A stretch of 63,031 bases of DNA, the filler included, from Thermoplasmatota archaeon (GTDB taxonomy: Archaea; Thermoplasmatota; E2; JACPAO01; JAHFTW01), in assembly GCA_041623215.1 (NCBI GenBank). It is 11 parts of 11 records of this genome, joined end to end, with 100 filler letters (N's around TTAATTAATTAA, not from the genome) between each part and the next. Parts side by side here need not be neighbours in the genome. Positions count along the whole stretch, not along the records: positions 17,622 to 23,280 come from JBFJXH010000113.1; positions 23,381 to 29,028 come from JBFJXH010000114.1; 9 more parts are not named here. The stretch is one strand, 5' to 3'. This document shows, in pieces, positions 18,801-29,128 of this stretch (within the stretch, counting starts at the first letter, position 1; each line of letters begins with the position of its first letter). A program made the position numbers and the translations under genes. The notes under the pieces were generated by a model. The model saw only the letters and a program-made list of their open reading frames with translations. It was not told the DNA's origin and made no database searches.

Positions 18801-19876
18801 GGCGACGCTGGCCTGCACTGGTGGCTTTTGTTCTGTTGTTGGCTGCTGGCATCATCACCTGGGTGTCCGCACCGGATGCCGACGCCGCCGGCCCTGATTG
18901 GCACGATGATGAGGAGGCAGGCCACGCCGTGATGGTGGACCGCTTGACCAAGGTCCGTGAGCCCGTGCGCGTGGTGGAAAGCGGCCTCGGGGTGTTGCCC
19001 CGGGAGGCGGGTGACGGCGACGTCCTGTTTCTGTTTCCGACCAATCGACCCGCAAGCGCAGCAGAGGTGACGCGTGTCGTTGATTTCGTGGAGGCGGGGG
19101 GATTGCTCGTGGTCGCGGCCGATGGGCAGCACGTCACGCAATGGGCCGAACGCCTCGGCCATCGATTCCGGGGTTTGCCCGCGTTATTGCCCCCCGGCAG
19201 TGCCGTTGCATGCGTGACGGCCAACGTGACGGTTGATGGGGCAGTCTACAACCCTTGTTTCCCCAGCCCGACCGTTTTCCCGCCCCTGCAAAATCCTGTG
19301 CTTGAGCAAGAAGCGGTTTTCGACTTCGTCGCCAAGGCGTCCGAACCCGTTTGGATTGACCTTGACGAGGATGGCCGGATGGATGCTGACGCCTCCGAAG
19401 CGCCTGCCCGGTATCCCATGGCGGTGGGCTGGCAACGTGGCGAAGGCAACGTCATCGCGCTCGCCGACGCGGACCTGTTTCGCAACCAGGCGCTTCGCGA
19501 TGAGCCAGAAAACGAACTGTTTCTCCAGGCGTTGGCCCGTTCGGTGCCCGGGGACATCTACGTGGACGTTTCCGGAGGCCCGCGCGGGCCCATCGAGCGC
19601 TACATGATGCCTGCCTATCACGCCGCCAGCGCCCCCGGCCTTCTCGAAGGGATTGCCCTTGGACTTGTGCTCGTTGGGACGCTGGCCGGCATCCTGGCGA
19701 TTCCGTACGCCACCGGGTGGTCTCGTCATGCGCCCAACCTTGACGGCGACCCGCAGGTGGAGGAAAACGCCCTTCAACTCATCCAACAGTCAACACGTGG
19801 TAGGCAACCCGCATCGCCCGCCCAAACCGACCCGGCAGGCGCGTCCGCCCCGGCCGGCACAGCTAAGGACGAGTGA
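18797..19876 (+). CDS. DUF4350-like membrane-anchored protein
   Basis: FVEAGGLLVVAAD, GEGNVIALADADLFRNQAL..ENELFL; N- and C-terminal TM; ATGA overlap with upstream gene. Confidence 0.7.
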   Translation: MRRRWPALVAFVLLLAAGIITWVSAPDADAAGPDWHDDEEAGHAVMVDRLTKVREPVRVVESGLGVLPREAGDGDVLFLFPTNRPASAAEVTRVVDFVEAGGLLVVAADGQHVTQWAERLGHRFRGLPALLPPGSAVACVTANVTVDGAVYNPCFPSPTVFPPLQNPVLEQEAVFDFVAKASEPVWIDLDEDGRMDADASEAPARYPMAVGWQRGEGNVIALADADLFRNQALRDEPENELFLQALARSVPGDIYVDVSGGPRGPIERYMMPAYHAASAPGLLEGIALGLVLVGTLAGILAIPYATGWSRHAPNLDGDPQVEENALQLIQQSTRGRQPASPAQTDPAGASAPAGTAKDE

Positions 19877-19878
19877 CT

Positions 19879-20904
19879 ATGGCTCAGACGACGCAAGTGA
19901 CCCAACAACGCCCCGTCCCCAAGTTCGGGGACCCGCAGTTGCAGGCTGAGATCCAGCAAATGAGCCAGCACACGCAGGCTCTCATGTCGGAGGTCGGCAA
20001 GGTCATTGTCGGCAAGAAGCACGTGGTGGAGAACCTCCTCATCGCTTCTCTCACGGAAGGTGCCCACATCCTCTTCGAGGATTTGCCGGGCTTGGCCAAG
20101 TCGGTGCTGGCAAATACGTTCAGCACCGCGGCCGGCTGTGAGTTCCACCGGATTCAGTTTACGCCTGACCTGCTGCCGACCGACATCACGGGCGGCCACA
20201 TCTTCAACCGGGAAACGAACCAATTCGAGTTCCGCAAGGGTCCCATCTTCACCAACTTCCTGCTGGCTGACGAAATCAATCGTGCCAGCCCCAAGACGCA
20301 ATCGGCCATGCTGGAAGCCATGGCAGAGAAGCAAGTGTCGGTGGAGGGCAACACGCACCGCCTCAAGCCGCCGTTTGTCGTGCTAGCCACGCAGAACCCG
20401 GTTGAGCAGGAAGGTACCTACCCGCTGCCGGAAGCACAGATGGACCGCTTTGCGTTCAAGCTCAGCATGGGCTACCCGTCGAAGGACGAGGAAGCCGAAA
20501 TTCTTCACCGCCGCCTTGGCCGCGGCAAGGACACCTTCGACGTGTCTGCCGTGGTTGACAAGGACACCATGCTGCGTATGCAGCACTTGGTTGAGCAAGT
20601 ACACGTCGACCCCGCGTTGGTGGATTACATTGCCCGCATCATCGATGCCACGCGTAACCACCAGGACCTGGCCGCGGGTAGCAGTCCCCGTGGCAGTCTG
20701 GCCTTGGTCAAGTTGGCCCGCAGTCGGGCGGCCATCAAGGGCCGGACCTTCGTGGTCCCGGATGACATCCGGTCGCTCGCGGTTCCTTGCCTGGCGCATC
20801 GGTTGATTCTCAGTACAGATGCTCGTGTCCGTGGAACGACCACGATTCACGTCATGGAAGACATCCTGAAGCAGGTCCCCGTACCGCGCCGCAGCGGAGC
20901 GTGA
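19879..20904 (+). CDS. moxR: MoxR-family AAA+ ATPase
   Basis: HILFEDLPGLAKS, RIQFTPDLLPTDITG, LADEINRASPKTQSAMLEAM, ATQNPVEQEGTYPLPEAQMDRF. Confidence 0.96.
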   Translation: MAQTTQVTQQRPVPKFGDPQLQAEIQQMSQHTQALMSEVGKVIVGKKHVVENLLIASLTEGAHILFEDLPGLAKSVLANTFSTAAGCEFHRIQFTPDLLPTDITGGHIFNRETNQFEFRKGPIFTNFLLADEINRASPKTQSAMLEAMAEKQVSVEGNTHRLKPPFVVLATQNPVEQEGTYPLPEAQMDRFAFKLSMGYPSKDEEAEILHRRLGRGKDTFDVSAVVDKDTMLRMQHLVEQVHVDPALVDYIARIIDATRNHQDLAAGSSPRGSLALVKLARSRAAIKGRTFVVPDDIRSLAVPCLAHRLILSTDARVRGTTTIHVMEDILKQVPVPRRSGA

Positions 20905-20908
20905 TTCC

Positions 20909-22168
20909 TTGAAGCCGGGCGACGGCGCCCTGCACCTACTCTGGACGAAGCAGGCCGCGGCTTATGGTGTGCTTGGCGTCCTCCTGCTAGTCGGAGTCAG
21001 CCTCCTTGGCTCCACGCACCTTGTTGTGGCAGGCGGAATCCTGCTGCTGTGGCTTGGCCTCGATGCGGTCTGGGCCGCCACCGGGCACCCACAGGTGGAC
21101 CTCCGCATTGAACCGCAACGGGTGCCGGAAGAAGGCACGAGCCGCATTACGCTTCACGCCAGCCATATCCTGCCCAACCATCAGTTGATGGTCCCCCTAG
21201 GAAATGGCCTAGAAATCGAAGATGGAGGCTCCAACTTGTGGAGCCCGGGCCGCAAGGGTCGCAAGGCAGAGCACGAAATTCGTGTCACGGCGCGCGTCCG
21301 AGGCCCGCAGGCAGTTGGCCCCGTGCACGTCCGGCGCTGGAGCCCCAGTCGCCTCTGGATTAGTGATGTAGTGGCGGGCACCGAGCAAGAAATCGACGTC
21401 GTGCCGCGCCGCGAGCCGATTGACGCTGTGCGGCTTCGTAACCTCACATTGCGCCCCATGCAGGGTCGCTTCGGCTACAACCAGCCGGGCCAAGGCATGG
21501 AGTTCTTCGCTCTACGCGAGTACTCGCAGGGGGACACCATGCGAGACGTCAACTGGAAAGCCAGCGCTCGCTCGGATGAGCTGTTTGTGAATCAACGCCA
21601 GCGCGAGACGGAAACCGAGATTGTGCTGATGGTGGATGCTCGCGTCGTGAGTGGCGTGGGGCCGCTGGGTCAAGCTCCGCTTGACCGCTCCTGCCGCGTC
21701 GCACGCGTTCTCTTCGAAGAGGCCAGTAACGCCCGCGACCCGGTCCGTTTTGCGGCTTACGGCCCGGGCGTGAAGACCATGGGGCGCAGTGCCGGCGGTC
21801 GCGTCCACGCTTTTGAGGAACTGTTGGCTAAGTTGCCCGCCGAGGGTGAAATGCCTCTACAAGGTGCCTGGGAGGAGCTCAAGCGCGACGTCAAGGGTGC
21901 CGGTCCGGCCATTATTCTGTCGAGTTGCGAAGCGGACCCCACCATGGCCGATGTCGTTCGGCAGTTGGCGGGTCGGGGACACCCGGTCACGGTCATTAGC
22001 CCAACGCCGACAGGGCCCCGGTTTGAAGATCCTGCAGCATCATGGCGCCGCGCTAAGCGCGAGCAGGCCATGGAGGACCTTCGCCAATTGGGGGCTGTGG
22101 TCGTCGATTGGGAGCTTGGCTCGCAACTGATGGCCGATGCGCCTGATCCTAGGGGGCCGCTTGGATGA
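20909..22168 (+). CDS. DUF58 (vWA-like) protein
   Basis: GMEFFALREYSQGDTMRDVNWKASAR; directly after moxR. Confidence 0.9.
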   Translation: MKPGDGALHLLWTKQAAAYGVLGVLLLVGVSLLGSTHLVVAGGILLLWLGLDAVWAATGHPQVDLRIEPQRVPEEGTSRITLHASHILPNHQLMVPLGNGLEIEDGGSNLWSPGRKGRKAEHEIRVTARVRGPQAVGPVHVRRWSPSRLWISDVVAGTEQEIDVVPRREPIDAVRLRNLTLRPMQGRFGYNQPGQGMEFFALREYSQGDTMRDVNWKASARSDELFVNQRQRETETEIVLMVDARVVSGVGPLGQAPLDRSCRVARVLFEEASNARDPVRFAAYGPGVKTMGRSAGGRVHAFEELLAKLPAEGEMPLQGAWEELKRDVKGAGPAIILSSCEADPTMADVVRQLAGRGHPVTVISPTPTGPRFEDPAASWRRAKREQAMEDLRQLGAVVVDWELGSQLMADAPDPRGPLG

Positions 22169-22692
22169 TTTGGATTACCATTCTCATCTACCTTGCCATG
22201 GTGGGTCTGTTAGCCTCCGTCGTCCACCCGGATGAAATGGTCATCCTGCTCGGCCTTGGCGTCCTTGGTGCAATTCTTACGACGGTGGCACACCTGCAAA
22301 AGCTGCGCCCGTGGTCGGATGGGGCGGCCTGGATTACGACCCTGGCTCTCCTGGCCTGGGCCGGCGGTCCCGAAGCTGAGGTTTTGCCCGTTGCCCTGTC
22401 CTTGGTGGCCATTGCGTTGCTTCTTGGTGCGCTGCACGCCGGGCCGGTCGGCAGTCCGCCTCCTAATGTGCCGCGAATTGCCTTCTCGTGGCTCACGCTC
22501 ATTGTAGTCGTGGCGTTGATTGCTTGGCTGCCTGCCCTCCTTAGCAACCGTGCGGTCGTGGTGCAGGATGCGGTCAGCCCAACCGGGATGGCGATTCGAC
22601 TCGGCGGCGCTGCCCTGGCCCTGGCCATCGTGGCGGCGGTCCTGCGCTGGTTCCGTGCACGCGGGGCGGCGGTGGAAGCGGCCGAGCACTAA
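22165..22692 (+). CDS. Hypothetical polytopic membrane protein of the MoxR operon
   Basis: About 6 hydrophobic helices; ATGA overlap with DUF58 gene. Confidence 0.7.
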   Translation: MIWITILIYLAMVGLLASVVHPDEMVILLGLGVLGAILTTVAHLQKLRPWSDGAAWITTLALLAWAGGPEAEVLPVALSLVAIALLLGALHAGPVGSPPPNVPRIAFSWLTLIVVVALIAWLPALLSNRAVVVQDAVSPTGMAIRLGGAALALAIVAAVLRWFRARGAAVEAAEH

Positions 22693-22845
22693 GCCCCTGA
22701 GTTGGTGCGCCACTCCTGTTGGTTGCACCCCAATTAGCACCACTTGTGCCCCAAGCTTGAAGTAGCTCGAGCTTTGTCGAAGGGCTGCACCTACGTGTGC
22801 GTCGAAGAGCCTAGGCTATCGGCCTGCACGGGTGGAGGTACTTAG

Positions 22846-23280
22846 ATGAAGAAACTGATGAGCATCATGCTGGCAGCCTTGATGGCTGTCTCCTTGGCCC
22901 CTGGGGCCGAGGCGGACATTGCCGATGGAAACTACGCCGCACGCTTTACCCTGGACCAGAACACTGGCGAGCGCTTTGAAACTCCAATTCCGGGGCACGC
23001 CTGGGAGGACAACGGGCCCAACCACATCATGCGGACCTTCATGGACCGCTACGCGCTTCGCGCCGAAGGTGGCCGGTTTGGCTGGTACAGCACCTCCGAA
23101 AGCGAGGACTGGGCAAGCCACTGTGAAACCGTCCCGACCCTTGTCTACGCGGCGTCGAACAACCCCTTCGGGAACGCGCCGCCCCACTTCTTCGGCGGCT
23201 CGGACTACCATGACACGGCTTTCTCGTACGTCATCTACTACTACGAGTGGTCCCGCCTGGTACCCATGGATGCAGTGTTG
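22846..23280 (+). CDS. Secreted hypothetical protein, 3'-partial
   Basis: Signal peptide MKKLMSIMLAALMAVSLAPGAEA; GGAGGT RBS. Confidence 0.7.
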
Positions 23281-23380
23281 NNNNNNNNNNNNNNNNNNNN
23301 NNNNNNNNNNNNNNNNNNNNNNNNTTAATTAATTAANNNNNNNNNNNNNNNNNNNNNNNNNNNNNNNNNNNNNNNNNNNN
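23281..23380. other. Artificial contig linker
   Basis: N-run + TTAATTAATTAA. Confidence 0.98.
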
Positions 23381-23382
23381 AC

Positions 23383-24531
23383 ATGGCCCAGGTGGGTCAA
23401 GTCATCGCTGATATTGACGACGGTGCGGGCGGCGCTTCGGCGTCATCGGATAAGGAAGATGACGCGCAACCCGCTGTTGCGGACGAGCCCGTCGCCGCCG
23501 AGGAGGAAGAGAAGACCTTGTTTGAATTGCCCAAAGAAGGGGCTGCGGCCACCAAGCAACTTGCCAAGCGCCAAGCGGCCCAGGCCGCGCCAGCGGCCGC
23601 GGCGGTCCCGGATGGCTACAAGGCAACGGCGGCGCCAGCCGTGCGCAAGTATGCGCGTGAAAATGACGTAGATATCAACCTCGTTCTTGGAACGGGTCAA
23701 AACGGCCGCGTCGTGCGCGCCGACATCGACGGCTACCTGGCCGGTGGCACCACGGCACCTGCACCAAGCACCGGCGCCACAGGCCCCGCCTTCGACTACA
23801 CCGGCGTTGCCTACTCCCTGGACCCTGACCGCGAAGAGCGTATCCCCGTCAAGGGCCTGCGACGCACCATCGCCAAAGCGATGAGTCGCAGCAAATACAC
23901 AGCACCCCACTTCACCTACGTCGCCGAAGTGAATGCAGACAACTTGGTCGCCTTCCAGAAGGAAGCCAAAGAAATGGCGAAGGCCCGCGACACGAAGTTC
24001 ACCTTCCTACCAATCGTCGTCAAGGCGGCCGTCGCAGCCCTCAAGGCGCACCCGGATGTCAACGTGGCGTTCGACGAGAACACCGGTGAATTGGTGAAGA
24101 AATCGTACTACCACATGGGTATTGCCACCGCCACGGATGCAGGCCTCATCGTTCCGGTCGTCAAAGATGCCGACACCAAGGGCATGTTCGACATTGCCGA
24201 TGAAATCGCCGACCTGTCAGAACGCACGCGCGCCATGAAGGCCAAGCCCGACGAGTTGTCTGGCTCAACCTTCACCATCACGAGCCTCGGCAAGATTGGC
24301 GGCGTCCTAGCAACGCCCATTCTCAACTATCCGGAAGTTGCCATCATGGGCATCCACGAGTTGAAGCAGGTGCCGGTCGTCAAGGATGGCGAAATTGCCA
24401 TCGGCTGGCGCATGAACCTGAGCTTCAGCTTCGACCACCGCATTGTTGACGGTTGGAATGGCGCCCAGTTTGCCAACACACTGGTGCGGTACCTAGAGAA
24501 TCCCAGCTTGCTCTTGTTGGAGAGCGCCTAG
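23383..24531 (+). CDS. 2-oxoacid dehydrogenase E2 (dihydrolipoamide acyltransferase), 5'-partial
   Basis: [11 protein letters not shown]3-binding domain, [30 protein letters not shown]. Confidence 0.95.
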   Translation: MAQVGQVIADIDDGAGGASASSDKEDDAQPAVADEPVAAEEEEKTLFELPKEGAAATKQLAKRQAAQAAPAAAAVPDGYKATAAPAVRKYARENDVDINLVLGTGQNGRVVRADIDGYLAGGTTAPAPSTGATGPAFDYTGVAYSLDPDREERIPVKGLRRTIAKAMSRSKYTAPHFTYVAEVNADNLVAFQKEAKEMAKARDTKFTFLPIVVKAAVAALKAHPDVNVAFDENTGELVKKSYYHMGIATATDAGLIVPVVKDADTKGMFDIADEIADLSERTRAMKAKPDELSGSTFTITSLGKIGGVLATPILNYPEVAIMGIHELKQVPVVKDGEIAIGWRMNLSFSFDHRIVDGWNGAQFANTLVRYLENPSLLLLESA

Positions 24532-25938
24532 ATGACTGGAGAAACATTCGACGTTGCAGTTGTTGGAGCTGGACCTGGCGGCTACGTGGCCGCCATCCGC
24601 GCTGGCCAACTTGGCCTCAAAGCCTGCATCATTGAGGAGGGCGAATTGGGCGGCGTCTGCCTCAACGTCGGCTGCATTCCATCCAAAGCAATCATCAGCA
24701 CCGGAAAGCAAGTCAAGGCGGCGCGAGCCGGTGGGCGAGGAATCAACTTCGGCAAAATTGACGTTGACATGCCGGCCGTAGTTACGCACAAGAACGGCGT
24801 AGTCAAGCAACTGACCGGTGGTGTGGGTGGGCTTCTGAAGGGCAACAAGGTCACCATCATCAAAGGGCGTGCCACCCTGAAGGACAAGGCGACGCTGGAG
24901 GTCACTGGCAAGGATGCAGGCACCGTGAAAGCCAAGAAAATCATCTTGGCCACGGGCAGCAGCACCATTGAGATTCCAGGCTTCAAGTTCGACGAGAAGC
25001 GCGTGCTCAGCAGCACCGGCGCCCTCGACATCCAAGAAGTGCCAGAACACTTGGTTATCATTGGTGGTGGCGTCATCGGCCTGGAATTGGGCTGCGCCTA
25101 CCACAACCTCGGGACCAAACAGGTGACCGTCATTGAAATGATGGACCAACTGGTGCCCGGCGTTGACGGCGAAGTTGCCAAGACCTTGGGCCGGTTGCTC
25201 AAAAAGAAGGGCTTCGACGTACACCTAGGTGCCCGCGCAAAGGCCGCCAAGCCCACGAAAACCAAAGTCAGCGTCACCTTTGAGGATGCCAAGGGCAAGG
25301 AACATTCACTGGAGGCAAGCCACTGCTTGGTGAGCGTCGGTCGCCGACCCAACACGCAAAGTTTGGGCCTCGACAAGGCTGGCGTCAAGACCGACGAGCG
25401 AGGCTTCGTTGTCACCGACGCTCAGGGCCGCACCAACGTGCCCTCGGTCTTTGCCATTGGTGACATCACGCACGGCCCCATGCTGGCGCACAAGGCGAGC
25501 AAGGAAGGCATCGTGGCCGCCGAGGCCATCGCCGGCGACAAGGGCGCTGCCAAGGATTGGGTGACCATCCCGGGCGTCATCTTCACGGATCCCGAGATTG
25601 CCACTGCGGGTATGACCGAGGAACAGGCGAAAGATGCCGGTCACGAAGTCCGGGTTGGCAAGTTCAACGTAGGTGCCCTCGGCAAGGCACTTGCTGATGG
25701 TGAGGTAGACGGGTTCTTCAAGATCATCAGCGACGCTACTACGGATGCTGTCCTCGGAGTCCATATCATTGGCCCCCACGCTTCAGATCTAATCAGTGAG
25801 GCGGCGCTTGCGCTCGAAATGGGCGCAACGGTTGCGGACGTCGGGCTCACGGTCCACCCCCACCCCACGCTGGGTGAAGGGCTCATGGAAGCGGCTGAAG
25901 CGCTACATGGCAAGGCAATCCACGCCATGAACCGATAA
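24532..25938 (+). CDS. lpdA: Dihydrolipoyl dehydrogenase (E3)
   Basis: GAGPGGYVAAIRA, GGVCLNVGCIPSK, HPHPTLGE. Confidence 0.97.
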   Translation: MTGETFDVAVVGAGPGGYVAAIRAGQLGLKACIIEEGELGGVCLNVGCIPSKAIISTGKQVKAARAGGRGINFGKIDVDMPAVVTHKNGVVKQLTGGVGGLLKGNKVTIIKGRATLKDKATLEVTGKDAGTVKAKKIILATGSSTIEIPGFKFDEKRVLSSTGALDIQEVPEHLVIIGGGVIGLELGCAYHNLGTKQVTVIEMMDQLVPGVDGEVAKTLGRLLKKKGFDVHLGARAKAAKPTKTKVSVTFEDAKGKEHSLEASHCLVSVGRRPNTQSLGLDKAGVKTDERGFVVTDAQGRTNVPSVFAIGDITHGPMLAHKASKEGIVAAEAIAGDKGAAKDWVTIPGVIFTDPEIATAGMTEEQAKDAGHEVRVGKFNVGALGKALADGEVDGFFKIISDATTDAVLGVHIIGPHASDLISEAALALEMGATVADVGLTVHPHPTLGEGLMEAAEALHGKAIHAMNR

Positions 25939-25988
25939 TCCCACGTGCGACTGGCAACGGTTTTGCGTGTGGCCGAGCGTAGCGAAAT

Positions 25989-26864
25989 GTGACCCACGCC
26001 CTCATCGTGGAAGGCGGCGGCATGAAGGCGTGCTATGCCAATGGCGTCCTTTCGGCATTTGAAGAAGCCGGCCACCGCCCCTTCGATGCAGTCCTAGGAA
26101 CAAGCGCGGGTGGTGCGCTTGCAGCGTGGTTTAGCGCCGGGCAGGCGCGCTATGCCGAGGGGACGTGGGCCTACGCGAATGACCGACGCATCTTGAATTA
26201 TGTCCGCTTCCTGACGCTACGGGGGCCGCTTTTGGACCATGAAGCGCTCTTGGACATCGTCTACTTGGATGAACACCCCATCGACCAAGGTGCGGTTCAA
26301 GCGGCGCCTTGGCCCGTGATTGTGACGGCGGTGGACGTGGAGACGGCCGAGGTGGTTTACCAAGACCTTCGCACAGCCGGAGAGGGAATCATTCCCTGGC
26401 TAAAGGCAACAGGCCGTTTGCCGTTCGGCTCGGGACCACCTGTGCCCATCGGTGGGCGCGAATTCGTGGATGGGGGCGTCGTGGATCCCATTCCCGTTCG
26501 CTGGGCCGTCGAGGCACTTGGAGCAACCCAAATCACGCTGATTAGCAACAATGCTGTGGGCACAATGAAGCCAGACTCGCCTGCCACGGCGCGGCTTGTT
26601 GGGCGACGCTATCCGGCCCTGGAGCCAGGCGTGGCACGTCATAATGCCATCAAGGCGGCGGCCATGGAGTATGCCCTGAAACCCCCGAATGGCGTCCGGA
26701 TTGACGTGATTAGGCCCGCAGAGCCAACCGGATTAACGCGCTTAACCCGCGATGGGCGAGCGCTCTCTCGCATTATCGAAATGGGCCGTGCCGATGGTCA
26801 GCGCTTCATTGCCGCCGGGGGCGTCGCCCTCGAGCCAGCCGTGGCCGCCCGGCCGCAGCCATAG
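25989..26864 (+). CDS. Patatin-like phospholipase
   Basis: EGGGMK, GTSAG and DGG motifs. Confidence 0.9.
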   Translation: MTHALIVEGGGMKACYANGVLSAFEEAGHRPFDAVLGTSAGGALAAWFSAGQARYAEGTWAYANDRRILNYVRFLTLRGPLLDHEALLDIVYLDEHPIDQGAVQAAPWPVIVTAVDVETAEVVYQDLRTAGEGIIPWLKATGRLPFGSGPPVPIGGREFVDGGVVDPIPVRWAVEALGATQITLISNNAVGTMKPDSPATARLVGRRYPALEPGVARHNAIKAAAMEYALKPPNGVRIDVIRPAEPTGLTRLTRDGRALSRIIEMGRADGQRFIAAGGVALEPAVAARPQP

Positions 26865-26866
26865 CC

Positions 26867-27502
26867 TCAGGAGGCATTGAGCAGCCGGTCGAGTACGGCC
26901 ATGGCCGTTTGCAGGTCGCCGGCCTCAATGAGAAACAGATTGTCCTTGTGGCAACTAATGACTTCAATGGCATTCACGTCTTGGCCACTGAGGGTGCCTG
27001 CCACGAGCGCTAGAATACCCGGAACTTCCTCCACGGTTTCCGGGCTTTGGAGGTTCAGTTCAACTAGGCCCGTGCGGGCCTTGATGACGTCGCCTGGGTC
27101 AAGCGCAGCCACGAAGGCCTCTAATTGTTCATCCGGAGCGATGAGGGTAATGGCGGACGAACCGTGCAGCAGGTGTACGGGCCCTGCGGCGCGCAGACGA
27201 CTGAGGTCCTTTTCCAGCCGCTCCATGAGGCGCCACGATGGCCGGATGGTGGCGACGCCGACGCGGGTCCGTACTTCCAGGCGGCACGCATCCAGGACCG
27301 CTCGCACGGCGCGGCCGTGGCTGGCACTGGTGGGCTTGTACCGGCGGCAGGCGGCCAGCACCGCGTCGTGGCCACTCTGACCCGTTTCCGTCTGAATAAT
27401 GCGTGCCAGGGCGGAATGGTTGACGATGCCGGCTACGATCGCCTCTCGGACGGCGGGGCGGGCATTGATGTAATCGCGGACGGCGGCGGCGGTTGAGGCC
27501 AC
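26867..27502 (-). CDS. Archaeal ACT-domain protein with N-terminal helical (putative DNA-binding) domain
   Basis: AVRDYI..RPAVREAI..GIVNHSALAR N-terminus; C-terminal VPGILA...L..DVN.IEVISC.KD ACT-like domain. Confidence 0.75.
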   Translation of the reverse strand: MASTAAAVRDYINARPAVREAIVAGIVNHSALARIIQTETGQSGHDAVLAACRRYKPTSASHGRAVRAVLDACRLEVRTRVGVATIRPSWRLMERLEKDLSRLRAAGPVHLLHGSSAITLIAPDEQLEAFVAALDPGDVIKARTGLVELNLQSPETVEEVPGILALVAGTLSGQDVNAIEVISCHKDNLFLIEAGDLQTAMAVLDRLLNAS

Positions 27503-27510
27503 GCAACTTC

Positions 27511-27540
27511 GACAAATGTCCGTGATTTGACACTTTTGTC
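27511..27540. promoter_or_regulatory. Two inverted repeats, GACA-AA-TGTC and GACA-CTTT-TGTC; candidate operators
   Basis: 27511-27520 and 27529-27540, in the divergent gap between the ACT gene and argG. Confidence 0.5.
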
Positions 27541-27598
27541 TAACTTGGCCCTATTTTGGCCACGAGGTTCAAGTAGGTATTCCAGCGCGTGGGGCTTC

Positions 27599-28873
27599 AT
27601 GGTTCAGCACATTGTCCTCGCGTACAGCGGAGGACTCGACACAAGCATCCTGGTTCATTGGCTCAAGCACCATCACAACGCGAAACTGACGGCCGTCCTG
27701 GTGGACATGGGTCAATCGGCAGCGAGCATTGACGCCGCCAAACAGCGCGCTCTTGCCAACGGGGCCGATGCGTTTGTTGCACCGAAGGCGCTGGATGCAT
27801 TTGTGTATGGGCCCGTGGCCGCGGCCATCAAGGCCAACGCCGCGTACGAGGGTGTATATCCCTTGGCCACGGCGCTTGCCCGGCCGGTCATCGCAGAGAC
27901 GCTGGTGGCGGTTGCCCGTGACGTCGGAGCCGACGCCATCGCCCACGGCTGCACGGGTAAAGGAAATGACCAAGTTCGCATCGAAGCCGGCGTCCGAATG
28001 CTGGCTCCGGACCTGGTTGTCCTGGCCCCTCAGCGAACCGACCCGATGAACCGGGAGGAGGCGCTGGCGTACGCCGCCGCGCACGAACTGGCGTTGCCGG
28101 CAGCCTCCAACACCACCTACTCCGTTGACGAAAACATCTGGGGAAGAAGCGCCGAGGGAAGCGATTTGGAAGACCCGGGTCAGCCGGTGCCGGAAGCTGC
28201 CTTTGCGTGGACGGTGGCGCCGCAGCATGCTCCGGCCGGCGGCGTGCAGGTTACCCTTGATTTTCAAGCAGGTCTGCCAGTAGCGTTGGATGGCATCCCG
28301 CTGGCTCTTCCCAGCCTCATAGCTCAGCTCAATGACCTCGCTGGTGCGCACGGTGTCGGTCGCATTGACCACGTGGAAAACCGACTCGTTGGCATCAAGA
28401 GCCGTGAGGTGTACGAAGCGCCGGCTGCCATCGCAATCTTGGCCGCCAAGCAGGCCTTGGAATCACTCACACTTACCCGGCAGGAAAGTCGGCTCAAAGC
28501 GCCTCTTGAGGCCGCCTTCGCCGACATGGTGTACGACGGCCTTTGGTCCAGTCCTGGCATGCCTCACATCAACGCGTTCCTCAACAGCGTTAGCAACAAC
28601 GTTTCGGGAGCGGTGACCCTACAGCTTCGGCAAGGCCACATCACAATCCAAGGACGAACCAGTGAGGTAAGTTTGTACGACGAAGCATTGGCCACGTACG
28701 GTGCAGCCGATGCCTTCCACCACCAGGCGGCCGGCGGTTTCATCGAGCTATGGGGCCTCCCACATCAGTCCGCCAATGCTGTTCGCGCGCAACAACTGCC
28801 CAAGTCCCACGCCGATGCTGCGGCGCATCAGGACACCGCCGCCAGCACGCCGCTTCCTGGAGCAACGGCATGA
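27599..28873 (+). CDS. argG: Argininosuccinate synthase
   Basis: LAYSGGLDTS, AHGCTGKGNDQVR, YSVDENIWGRS, GVGRIDHVENRLVGIKSREVYEAP. Confidence 0.97.
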   Translation: MVQHIVLAYSGGLDTSILVHWLKHHHNAKLTAVLVDMGQSAASIDAAKQRALANGADAFVAPKALDAFVYGPVAAAIKANAAYEGVYPLATALARPVIAETLVAVARDVGADAIAHGCTGKGNDQVRIEAGVRMLAPDLVVLAPQRTDPMNREEALAYAAAHELALPAASNTTYSVDENIWGRSAEGSDLEDPGQPVPEAAFAWTVAPQHAPAGGVQVTLDFQAGLPVALDGIPLALPSLIAQLNDLAGAHGVGRIDHVENRLVGIKSREVYEAPAAIAILAAKQALESLTLTRQESRLKAPLEAAFADMVYDGLWSSPGMPHINAFLNSVSNNVSGAVTLQLRQGHITIQGRTSEVSLYDEALATYGAADAFHHQAAGGFIELWGLPHQSANAVRAQQLPKSHADAAAHQDTAASTPLPGATA

Positions 28874-29028
28874 CCTGGCAACCAGAACCAGGTGGCCTAG
28901 ATGTGGCGTTCCAAACCTACTCCGAAACGACCGCCGAAGACCAGCCCTTCTTCCAGGCAGACATCGCCGGCACCATTGCCCATGTGCTCGGCCTGCAACA
29001 GGTCGGACTGTTACCCGCTCATGAGGTA
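28870..29028 (+). CDS. argH: Argininosuccinate lyase, N-terminal fragment
   Basis: ATGA overlap with argG; D..FFQADIAGTIAHVLGL matches the ArgH DIxGSxAH motif. Confidence 0.75.
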
Positions 29029-29128
29029 NNNNNNNNNNNNNNNNNNNNNNNNNNNNNNNNNNNNNNNNNNNNTTAATTAATTAANNNNNNNNNNNNNNNN
29101 NNNNNNNNNNNNNNNNNNNNNNNNNNNN
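29029..29128. other. Artificial contig linker
   Basis: N-run + TTAATTAATTAA. Confidence 0.98.

Noticed and set aside
25989..26864. Patatin as a CBASS/anti-phage effector
   Set aside because: No cyclase or other defence genes nearby; context is central metabolism
27527..27598. Extended N-termini given by the ORF track (argG, cysS, alanine transaminase, rpsJ, PrsW, TSP3 protein)
   Set aside because: Homology, RBS or TATA spacing indicate downstream starts
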